DNA of 64,000 bases from contig JBFXAQ010000001.1 in the NCBI GenBank assembly GCA_050184115.1, positions 1,002,304-1,066,303 of the forward strand, given 5' to 3'. The notes below the pieces were generated by a model. It did no database searches and was not told the origin of the DNA. It saw nothing but the letters and a program-made list of their open reading frames with translations. This document shows positions 55,777 to 64,000 of the stretch, piece after piece. Within the stretch, counting starts at the first letter, position 1; the number at the start of each line of letters is the position of its first letter. Source of the DNA: Gammaproteobacteria bacterium (GTDB lineage Bacteria; Pseudomonadota; Gammaproteobacteria; Ga0077536). Made by a program: the position numbers and the translations under genes.

Positions 55777-58700
55777 ATGAGCAGCCGTCATTTCGAGCCG
55801 AACGCGGCAGGGACGAATGGGCCCGCCAGTTCACTGAACCCGCTGTCACGCGCAGTCCGTCTCGCCCTTGTGCCGGGCGTGGTCCTGGGCCTCGGACCGC
55901 AAGCGGTCGTCGCCGGGCCGACCGGTGGCCAGGTGCGCGCCGGCCAGGCGGCCATCACCCAGAGCGGGCCGGTCACCACCATCTCCCAGCAGTCCGCGAG
56001 GGCTGCACTCGACTGGCAGAGCTTCAACGTCGCCAAGCACGAGACCGTCCAGTTCCAGCAACCCAGCGCACGCGCCGCCACCCTCAACCGCATCTTCGAC
56101 CAGAACCCGAGCGAGATCTTCGGCCAGGTCAAGGCCAACGGCCGCGTCGTGTTGATGAATCCCAATGGGGTGTTCTTCAAGCCCGGCGCGCGGGTCAACG
56201 TCGGCAGCCTGGTGGCCGGCGCCATGCAGGTCGGCATCGACGACTTCATGCGCGGCAGCTACAGCCTGGAGGCGTTGAAGAACGCCGGCGGGCGGGTCGT
56301 CAACCAGGGCACCATCGAAGCCACCGACGGCGACGTCGCCCTGGTCGGCACCAGCGTTGCCAACGAGGGCGTCATCGTCGCCACCGCCGGGCGCGTGCAG
56401 CTCGCCGCCGGTGAGAAGGTCACGGTCGACTTCGACGGGGACGGCTTGCTGCGTTTCACCGTCGACGAGGCGGTGCTCGAAAATGCCAAGGCGATTGACG
56501 ACCAGGTTGCCAACACCGGGCAGATCGTCGCCGAGGGTGGCGACGTGCTCATCACCGCCAGCGCCGCCGACGGCGTGTTCAAGAACGCCATCAACAACAG
56601 CGGTGTCATCCGCGCCGGGCGGGTGGAGAACCGCGGTGGCAAGGTCATGCTGGTCGGCATGGGGCCGGGGGCGTCGGTGCTCAACACCGGGCAGATCGAT
56701 GCTTCCGCGGCCGACGCCATGAGCAGTGGCGGCGCGGTGCGAGTGAGCGCGGCGAACATCTCCAATGTCGGCGACATGCGTGCCGACGCGGTTGGTGGCG
56801 AAGGCGGCTCCGTGCACCTCCTGTCGACGAATACCACGCTCAACAGCGGCACGATTTCGGCCACCAGCGCGAGCGGTCACGGTGGCGAGGCACGGGTCCT
56901 CGGCGACAAGGTCGGCGTGGTCGGCGAGGCGGTGGTCGACGTCAGTGGCGCCACCGGCGGCGGCGAAGCGCTGATCGGCGGTGACTACCAGGGCAGCAAT
57001 CCGGACATCGCCAACGCACGGGTGACCGTCGTCGGCGCACAGGCCCGCATCGACGCCAGCGCCACAGGCGACGGCGACGGCGGCAAGGTCATCGTGTGGG
57101 CGGATGGCACCACGCGTTATGCAGGCACGATCGAGGCGCGCGGCGGCGCCGACGGCGGCGATGGTGGGTTCGCCGAGGTATCGGGCAAGAATCACCTGGA
57201 TTTCGAGGGTGACGCCGATCTCTCCGCGCCGCAAGGCGCGACTGGCCGCCTGCTGCTCGATCCGAAGGATATCCTCGTCGCGGATGTCGACCCGGGTCCG
57301 GCCGACAACACGATCGTCGACGCCACGGACCTCGCGGACTTCGGCGATCAATTCACCGATGTGCCGGACGAGAGCAGCTTCATTTCGACAGCGAACCTCG
57401 TCACCCTGCTCGACAGCGCCGATGTCATTCTGAAGGCGAACAACGACATCACCATCGACGACGCCGTCGACGCATCGGGCAATGGCAACGACCATGGTCT
57501 CGACCTCGCGGCCGGCCGCAGCATCGCCGTCAATGCCGATGTCACGCTGCGCGGCGGATTCAGCGCCACCGCCAATTCGGACGACGCCGCGGTCGTCACC
57601 GCCCAGCGAGACGCCGGCGCCGGCGCCTTCACCATGGCCGATGGCGTGACCATCGATACGACCGCCGGAGCCGCGCCCGGTAATATCGACATCACGGTCG
57701 CCGCCGGTGCCGGTGGCGGGCAGACATCCGGCGACATCACCCTCGCCAACCTCGATGCCGGTACCGCCACGGTCACCATTGCGCAGGATGGCAAGACCGA
57801 CGGCAGCGACATCGTTCGCACGGCCACGTCACAGATCACCGCAGATACGCTCGCTCTCAGCGTCAGCGATGCGCTCAACGCTTCGGGCGCCATCGGCGCC
57901 ACGGGTGTCGGCAACGCCATCGCGACTGACGTCGCCACGCTCACCGCATCGACCGTGCAGGGCGGAATCTACGTCACCGAGGCGAATGACCTGGCGGTCG
58001 GCGCCGCCGGCGTGACGACGGGCGGTACCGCGGCGGGCGAAATCGTGTTGACCGCGGGCGGTACGCTCACCCTCGGCGGCGACATCGATTCCACGGACGC
58101 GCCGATCACGCTGACCGCGGGCAATCTCGTGAACGCCGCGAATGCCATCGATGCTGGTACGAACACGGTCAAGCTCGTCGCCAACAGTGGCAACGCGATG
58201 AGCATCAACGGCGCCAGCGCGTTCGACGTCTCGACGGCCGAGGTCGCGGCCATCACGGCCGGCACGTTGCACTTCCAGACGCTGGGCGCGACGGACGACA
58301 TCTCGATCGAGAACACGAATTTCGGCGTCAGAAACGTGAAGCTCGAGAGCGCGCGGGACATTCTCGACGAAACGCCTGGCGACGACACCACGGACGCGAC
58401 CCAGGTTACGACCACGGGCACCCTGACGCTCGATGCCGGCCGCAATATCGGCAGCGGTACGGATGGCCTGGCCGACCTCGACATCGCCGGGGCTACCGCC
58501 GTCACCATCCTCGCCGGCGGCAGTGTCGATCTGAACACCTCCACGGCGTTCAACAGCTTCTCGGGAACGTTCAGCCCGGTGGCAGATGCGGTCGACGTGA
58601 ATATCACCGGTAGTACGATTATCGATATCGACGAGACCGGCAATCAGCTGCAGATCAACAGCATCAACGATGCCGCGCTCACCGTCCAAATCGCATCGTT

Positions 58701-61700
58701 GGACAGCGGTATCGTGCTGAACAATGCCGCCACGGACGCCGTCGTCGCCGCGGGAGTCACGCTGATCGCAGGTAACGGCGCGATCGTCGATACCGCCGAC
58801 ACGACCAACGGCGTCGCCATCTTGACCGATGGGCCGGTGCTGCTCAGCGGGACGTCAATCGGTGTCAACGACACGGATCAGCTCGATCTCTCAGCACCCA
58901 CCGGCCCGGTGCTCTTGCAAACCTCGACCTCCGGCGACCAGTTCATCAGCAGCGGCAACGGCCTGACGACAACCGGAGCGGGTGTCTCGGGTGGCGCTAC
59001 CGGTAATGTCAGCCTGACGACCACGGCAGGTGACATCACGCTTACTAATGGCGTCAACGTTGCGGTCAAGGGTGCAACGGTCACGCTGGACTCCGCGGGG
59101 GCGATCGCCGATTCAGACAGCGCGTTCGCTGCGATCGAGACCGACGGACAGATACTGCTCAAGGCAGGCGGCAACGTCGGTGCGAACGGTGGGAACCCCC
59201 TGAACATCGCGTCGACCAACCCCGGCACAACGACGGCCCTGCTGGACGTCGACAACGCCGGCAGCGGCGACGTCTTCGTCGCGAGCAGTGGGGCTTTGAA
59301 CCTGGTCGACGGCGATGCGGATACCGTGGCGCTGGCGACCGGCGGTGGCGCCATCAGCGCGAGCAGTCCCCTGACAATCAGCAACACGGTCAATCTGACT
59401 GCGGGGACGACCTTCACGGCCGGCAACAGCGGCACTGCGGGTGACGATCTCACCATCAACGCTGCAGTTACGCTCGATAACGATGTCGATGGCGAACTTC
59501 TCACGTTCGTCGCCGGCGAGAACATCGTCTTCGGCGCGACGGGTTCGATCGATACCACGCTCGGCGCGGCCAGGCATGCGGTCACGTTGACGGCCGACAA
59601 CGAGGGTGCGAAGACCGGAACCATCGGCGAATCGGTTGCCGACGCGCATACCCTGGTCACGACCGGTGCATTGACCATGACTGCGGGGAGCATCGGCGCA
59701 GCAGGTGCGAACCCCGCCATCGACATCGACGCCACCAGTCTCGCCGCCTCGGCCACCGGCGGCGGGATTTTCGTCATCGAAACTGACGCCGGCGGTGACG
59801 GGCTGGACATCGCCGGTACCGGCCTCGCTACCGCGGGCGGTGATATCGAACTGACCGTGCAGGGTGGTGGACTTACCGACTCGGCGGGCATCGAGACTTT
59901 CAACGCGGGTAGCGACGGCGGCGACGTCACGCTGAACGTCATCGGTGTAATCGATCTCAGCGAGACGATCGATGCCCGTGGCGCGCCGAGCATCGACGTC
60001 GATGCGTCCGCCGGTGGCAATGTCTCGGTGACTGGTTCGTTGACCGTCACCTTGGGGCAGATTTTTACCGATGGCGGTACCGCGATCGATATCACGGGTG
60101 ATACCAACGCATCGGCGGGTGGTAATGCCGGCAACGTGACCATCGTTGCGGCGAGCGACCTCGTGACCGGCACGATCAGCGCCGTTGGCGGTAACGCGGC
60201 CGCCGCGGCAGGCGACCTGGCGGACGGGGCGGTGGGTGGGGCCGGCGGCAACGTCAGCCTGACCGCGACCGATGGCAGCATCGTGGTCGCCGGCATCAAT
60301 GCCTCGGCGGGTGCCAGTGCGAGCGCCACCGGCGCCGCGGCCGGTGCCAACGCTGGTACGGTCACCGTGCTGGTGGACAACGCGGATGCCGACCGCGACA
60401 TCACCCTGAACGGCGCCGTCAATGCCGTTGGCGGAACGGCTGTGCGCGCCGCCACCGGCGGTACGGGTGGCAACGTCGTCTTGCGTGTCGAGGATGACGA
60501 GGCCAATGGCAGCGGTTCGGTCGCCATTGTCTCGGTCAACGCTGCCGGTGGTGCGGCCACTACCGCGGCCGGCACCGGCGGCGCGGCCGGCGACGTCGAG
60601 CTGACCTCGCTCGGCGGCGCGAACGCGATCACATTGAACGGTCTTGTTTCCGCGCTCGGCGGCTCGAATACCGCGGCCCGGGGCGCCGACGGCACCGTCA
60701 CGCTGACGGCCGATGGCATCGTCGATGTCGGGGCGGACGGCGCCACGAAAGTCGCGGCTGGCACACTCGTTCTCAGCGCCGCCCAGTTCGGGACGGCAAC
60801 GGGCAATTCCGCTGCGCACATCGACGTCACCAACCTCGATCTCACGACCCAGACAGCGGATTCGTTCATTACCGAAGTCGACACCGTCACGCTCGACGGC
60901 CTCAACCTGCAGAGCAATTTCCAAAGCGACGGCGGCAATCTCACGCTGACCGTGCAGACGGGCAATCTGACCAGCGATACGAACGTGGAAACCCAGGGTG
61001 CAGTCGACGGCGGCGATCTCGCGATCACCGTTCAGGCCGGCAATATCGATCTGGCCGCGCGTACGCTCTTGACCGCAGGTACAGCGGCCGTAGGCGATGC
61101 CAACGGGGGTAACGCCGGTTCGATCAACCTCGTCGCCAGTGGTTCCGTGGCCGTCGATGAACTCGACGCCAGCGGCGGTGATGGCCTCGATGGGGCCAAC
61201 GACGGCACGGCGCGGGCCGGCGGCAGCGGCAACAGCGTCACGGTCAATGCCGGCACCACGATCGCGGTGACGACCGTGAATACTTTCGGCGGCGGCGCCG
61301 ACGTAACCCCGGGAGACGGCGTCGGGGCAGCCGGCGGCGCCGGTGGTAGCGCCACTCTCAGTGCGACAAACGGGGCGATCACCGTAACCTCGGTGACCAC
61401 CTCGGCCGGCGCCAGTGCGGCCGACGGCGTCGACATAGACGGTAGCGACGCTGGCGATATCGTCCTCTCGATCACGGGCGCGAACGCCGGCGGGCGCAAT
61501 ATCAGCGTCGGTGGTGCGCTCACCGCGGTCGGCGGCGCGGCCGCCGGTGGCGGCGGCGAAACCGGTGGCGACGGCGGCAGCGTGTCCGTCAGCGTCGCGG
61601 GCGCCGGTGGTGGCGCCGGCTCGGTCAGTGTCGCCAACGTCACCACCGACGGTGGTGCGGGCGCGACTGCCGGCACTGCCGCGCCCATCGCGCTTACGGC

Positions 61701-64000
61701 GCTGGGGGCCACCGGTAACGTCAACCTGGCCAGCAACCTGTCGGCACTCGGCGCCAGCAGCCCGCTCGGCACGATCACCCTGACCGCCGGCACCGGCGGC
61801 GGTGCCATCAACGTCGGCGGGTCGGTGGCCAGTATCGAGACCAGCGATGCGAACGTCGATTTCGTCGGGCCGGTCTTCTTGAACAACACCGGTACGCTGA
61901 CCGTGAATACGGGAACGGGCGCCGGCGATATCACGTTCTCCGATACGCTGACCGGAGGATCCGCCAACCGCAACCTGACGCTCACTGCTGGCACGGGCAA
62001 TATCCATTTCACAGGCCAGCTGACCGGCGGCGCGAACAAGATTCGCGCGCTGACCATCTCGTCGGCACGCAATGTAACGGCCGATGCTGACATCAATGTG
62101 CGCAGCTTCACGCAGACCACGGGTACCGGGACCACGTTGCTGACCGGGGCACTCGTCGCCCAGGCCCGAGACGGCGCGGCACCGACCGGAGTGTCGATCA
62201 CCAACACCGCGATCGACGTGCAGAACGGCATCGACACTGCCGGCGCAGCCAGCGACACCCTCAACAACCGTACGGGCGGCAATATCACCCTCAATGCAAC
62301 GGCGACCACACTGACCATCGCCGGCGCGGTCAACTCGGCCGGTGCGGCCGCGGTGACGAGTGGCGCCGGAGGTGCAGGGGGCACGGTCAACCTGACGGCG
62401 AACACCTCCTTCGCCAGCAGCGGGACCATCACGACTACCGGCGGTGGTGGGCGTACGGCGACAGGAGGCATCGGCGGCAACGTCACGATCAACGCCAACG
62501 GCCTCACCGTGGGCGCCGGGGTGACCAGCAGTGGCGGCAACAACCTGAGCGGCAATGGCGACGGCGGCGCCGCAGGCACCATCACGCTCAATGGCGGCAC
62601 CGGCGCAGTCAATCTCAACGCGGCCCTGGTCGCGGCGGGCGGCAATTCCTCGACCACCGGCGGTACCGACGATGGTAACGGCGGCACTGTTTCGATTACC
62701 GCTGGTACCTCTATCGTCGTCGACACCACGGCGGCTGCGATCACGACCACGGGAGGGAGCGGCAACGACGCGGCGGACGGCGGGGCCGTGAATTTCGTCA
62801 GCCCGGTGGTACTCGCCGGCGACGGTACCTTCACGATCAACACTTCGGGCGACGCGGCCAGCGCGGTGGGTTCAGTCGCGTTCCAGTCCACGCTCGACGG
62901 CGATGGTGCCGGCGCGGCCGAAGCATTGACGATTACGGCCGGCGGCGGCGATGTTCAGTTCCTGAGGAACGTCGGCAATGGAAATGTGCTCGGCGCAGTA
63001 CTGATCAACAGCGCACGGAATGTGACCTTCGGCGATCCGGTCAACCCGGGCGCGGAGACATTCAAGGTCGGGTCACTCACACAGCTGGCCGGAACCGGCA
63101 CCACGCGGTTCGACGGTCGCACTGGGTTCACGTCGACTGATAACAATGCCCCGACGCTGGGTTTGTTCAACGTGGTGATCGGCAATGGACTGAGCATTAC
63201 GGCAGATAGCATAGAGATCAACGACAGCATCCGTGTCGATACCGGCGATATCGTGCTTGTTTCCGCGAACGACGTGGTTGTTTCGACTGCAGGGATGACG
63301 CCCGGTGGTGCTTCCAGCGTGCGTAATCGCGACGTCTACGCGGTCGACGGTAACATCACCACTGACGTGGCCAATGGCTCTGGCGACACGACTCTGCAAG
63401 ACTCCGGCACGGACCCGGTTAATCCAGATAATGGGTTGAATACACGTTTGGTCGCGGGAGGTTCGGGAGGAGCGATTTCCGCGGACAATGCCGATCTGGG
63501 GACGAATTTGAATGACGTGACTTGGCCGCATCTGGTCGGCGCTCTCGTCGAACTCCTCTACCACCAGACTCTCTATTTGGGTAGTGACACCGCTGGACTG
63601 GGTGGCGACGTATTCCCCGTAACGTTCCACCTTGACGACCAAGGGCTCCGCGACAGCATCAATGCGAATGGCCTGTCCGTGTTCCGCACCGATACCGGTG
63701 ACATCGTCCTCGACATGGCGAGCGATTTCGACCTGGATTTCGGCGGGACCGCAACCCTGCGGCTCATCGCGGACAACGGAAACATCCTCGACAACAGCGA
63801 TGACGTCGCGGTAACGGGCAGCGGCGACGGTATCGCGTTTCACGCCGGTTTCGACGGCACGTTGCTCGATCTGTTCGCGCCGAATGGAACGATAGGCCTT
63901 GCGACGGGAACGCTCGATCATCTGGCCGCTACCCTGAACAACACGACTCCGACCTTGACGGTCGACGCTACCGACATCGCGGTGTCCACTGCGAGTGCGG
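55777..64000 (+). CDS. Giant filamentous haemagglutinin-like TpsA exoprotein (>2740 aa, 3'-truncated at window edge); not in the ORF track
   Basis: ATG at 55777 after GGAGG. Hand translation gives a signal peptide, then GPTGGQV, LDWQSFNV, LNRI, NGRVVLMNPNGV (TPS domain), GGFAEVSGK...LLLDP (about 57170-57265) and Gly/Ala/Thr/Asn-rich beta-helix repeats. The same frame still reads as coding at 63601-63840, and no terminated ORF from this start is listed in the track. Confidence 0.93.
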   Translation, partial: MSSRHFEPNAAGTNGPASSLNPLSRAVRLALVPGVVLGLGPQAVVAGPTGGQVRAGQAAITQSGPVTTISQQSARAALDWQSFNVAKHETVQFQQPSARAATLNRIFDQNPSEIFGQVKANGRVVLMNPNGVFFKPGARVNVGSLVAGAMQVGIDDFMRGSYSLEALKNAGGRVVNQGTIEATDGDVALVGTSVANEGVIVATAGRVQLAAGEKVTVDFDGDGLLRFTVDEAVLENAKAIDDQVANTGQIVAEGGDVLITASAADGVFKNAINNSGVIRAGRVENRGGKVMLVGMGPGASVLNTGQIDASAADAMSSGGAVRVSAANISNVGDMRADAVGGEGGSVHLLSTNTTLNSGTISATSASGHGGEARVLGDKVGVVGEAVVDVSGATGGGEALIGGDYQGSNPDIANARVTVVGAQARIDASATGDGDGGKVIVWADGTTRYAGTIEARGGADGGDGGFAEVSGKNHLDFEGDADLSAPQGATGRLLLDPKDILVADVDPGPADNTIVDATDLADFGDQFTDVPDESSFISTANLVTLLDSADVILKANNDITIDDAVDASGNGNDHGLDLAAGRSIAVNADVTLRGGFSATANSDDAAVVTAQRDAGAGAFTMADGVTIDTTAGAAPGNIDITVAAGAGGGQTSGDITLANLDAGTATVTIAQDGKTDGSDIVRTATSQITADTLALSVSDALNASGAIGATGVGNAIATDVATLTASTVQGGIYVTEANDLAVGAAGVTTGGTAAGEIVLTAGGTLTLGGDIDSTDAPITLTAGNLVNAANAIDAGTNTVKLVANSGNAMSINGASAFDVSTAEVAAITAGTLHFQTLGATDDISIENTNFGVRNVKLESARDILDETPGDDTTDATQVTTTGTLTLDAGRNIGSGTDGLADLDIAGATAVTILAGGSVDLNTSTAFNSFSGTFSPVADAVDVNITGSTIIDIDETGNQLQINSINDAALTVQIASLDSGIVLNNAATDAVVAAGVTLIAGNGAIVDTADTTNGVAILTDGPVLLSGTSIGVNDTDQLDLSAPTGPVLLQTSTSGDQFISSGNGLTTTGAGVSGGATGNVSLTTTAGDITLTNGVNVAVKGATVTLDSAGAIADSDSAFAAIETDGQILLKAGGNVGANGGNPLNIASTNPGTTTALLDVDNAGSGDVFVASSGALNLVDGDADTVALATGGGAISASSPLTISNTVNLTAGTTFTAGNSGTAGDDLTINAAVTLDNDVDGELLTFVAGENIVFGATGSIDTTLGAARHAVTLTADNEGAKTGTIGESVADAHTLVTTGALTMTAGSIGAAGANPAIDIDATSLAASATGGGIFVIETDAGGDGLDIAGTGLATAGGDIELTVQGGGLTDSAGIETFNAGSDGGDVTLNVIGVIDLSETIDARGAPSIDVDASAGGNVSVTGSLTVTLGQIFTDGGTAIDITGDTNASAGGNAGNVTIVAASDLVTGTISAVGGNAAAAAGDLADGAVGGAGGNVSLTATDGSIVVAGINASAGASASATGAAAGANAGTVTVLVDNADADRDITLNGAVNAVGGTAVRAATGGTGGNVVLRVEDDEANGSGSVAIVSVNAAGGAATTAAGTGGAAGDVELTSLGGANAITLNGLVSALGGSNTAARGADGTVTLTADGIVDVGADGATKVAAGTLVLSAAQFGTATGNSAAHIDVTNLDLTTQTADSFITEVDTVTLDGLNLQSNFQSDGGNLTLTVQTGNLTSDTNVETQGAVDGGDLAITVQAGNIDLAARTLLTAGTAAVGDANGGNAGSINLVASGSVAVDELDASGGDGLDGANDGTARAGGSGNSVTVNAGTTIAVTTVNTFGGGADVTPGDGVGAAGGAGGSATLSATNGAITVTSVTTSAGASAADGVDIDGSDAGDIVLSITGANAGGRNISVGGALTAVGGAAAGGGGETGGDGGSVSVSVAGAGGGAGSVSVANVTTDGGAGATAGTAAPIALTALGATGNVNLASNLSALGASSPLGTITLTAGTGGGAINVGGSVASIETSDANVDFVGPVFLNNTGTLTVNTGTGAGDITFSDTLTGGSANRNLTLTAGTGNIHFTGQLTGGANKIRALTISSARNVTADADINVRSFTQTTGTGTTLLTGALVAQARDGAAPTGVSITNTAIDVQNGIDTAGAASDTLNNRTGGNITLNATATTLTIAGAVNSAGAAAVTSGAGGAGGTVNLTANTSFASSGTITTTGGGGRTATGGIGGNVTINANGLTVGAGVTSSGGNNLSGNGDGGAAGTITLNGGTGAVNLNAALVAAGGNSSTTGGTDDGNGGTVSITAGTSIVVDTTAAAITTTGGSGNDAADGGAVNFVSPVVLAGDGTFTINTSGDAASAVGSVAFQSTLDGDGAGAAEALTITAGGGDVQFLRNVGNGNVLGAVLINSARNVTFGDPVNPGAETFKVGSLTQLAGTGTTRFDGRTGFTSTDNNAPTLGLFNVVIGNGLSITADSIEINDSIRVDTGDIVLVSANDVVVSTAGMTPGGASSVRNRDVYAVDGNITTDVANGSGDTTLQDSGTDPVNPDNGLNTRLVAGGSGGAISADNADLGTNLNDVTWPHLVGALVELLYHQTLYLGSDTAGLGGDVFPVTFHLDDQGLRDSINANGLSVFRTDTGDIVLDMASDFDLDFGGTATLRLIADNGNILDNSDDVAVTGSGDGIAFHAGFDGTLLDLFAPNGTIGLATGTLDHLAATLNNTTPTLTVDATDIAVSTASA

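Noticed and set aside
58878-62891. Three long minus-strand ORFs (716, 964 and 619 aa)
   Set aside because: Antisense shadows of the repetitive tpsA frame; Pro/Ser/Val-rich mirror translations.
55777-64000. Calling TpsA a CdiA contact-dependent toxin
   Set aside because: The N-terminus is HMW1/HxuA-like (no extended signal peptide; LLLDP motif), and no VENN or toxin/immunity region is visible because the C-terminus is outside the window.

Overview
High-GC (roughly 65-70% by eye) bacterial chromosomal segment. The housekeeping synteny (tRNA-Leu/rnr/rlmB/rpsF/rpsR/rplI/dnaB/alr/radA; ypjD/ffh; ubiG/gph) points to a gammaproteobacterium. No tools were run: all calls come from motifs read by eye in the sequence or ORF track plus recalled family knowledge, and many start codons were re-picked downstream of the ORF-track starts. 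Five blocks. (1) 1-13.2 kb: a bacterial sphingolipid (ceramide) locus with a CerR-like reductase (5'-truncated), ACP, serine palmitoyltransferase and a bCerS-like acyltransferase, plus putative head-group enzymes, a Wzx-like flippase, LptF/LptG/LptA paralogues and an Fe/2-oxoglutarate hydroxylase, followed by a Dke1-like dioxygenase and tRNA-Leu(CAG). (2) 14-23.4 kb: housekeeping genes, including an S6:S18-type leader RNA. (3) 23.4-27.7 kb: a PEP-CTERM protein with a sigma54-type promoter and two copies of a TGTAAA-N6-TGACA box, next to a PrsT-like TPR protein. (4) 27.8-43.5 kb: corC-like/ypjD/ffh/maeB, dsbB/yheT/ygfZ, and sdhCDAB flanked by sdhE and a 58-aa DUF1674 (SDHAF4-like) ORF absent from the ORF track, then ygfX-like, a squalene-synthase-fold gene, gph and ubiG. 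(5) 43.6-64 kb, the best candidate for an undescribed system: an operon encoding an adenylate cyclase-FHA fusion, a PP2C phosphatase, a 1650-aa membrane Ser/Thr kinase ending in an FGE/SUMF1 domain, and a second membrane FGE protein. It is divergent from a PPIase, a TpsB transporter and a >2740-aa TpsA that runs off the window, and a near-consensus CRP box with a correctly spaced -10 lies directly upstream of tpsA. The inferred model is a phosphothreonine-to-cAMP circuit controlling a giant type Vb secreted protein. No integrase, transposase, CRISPR array or rRNA was seen.
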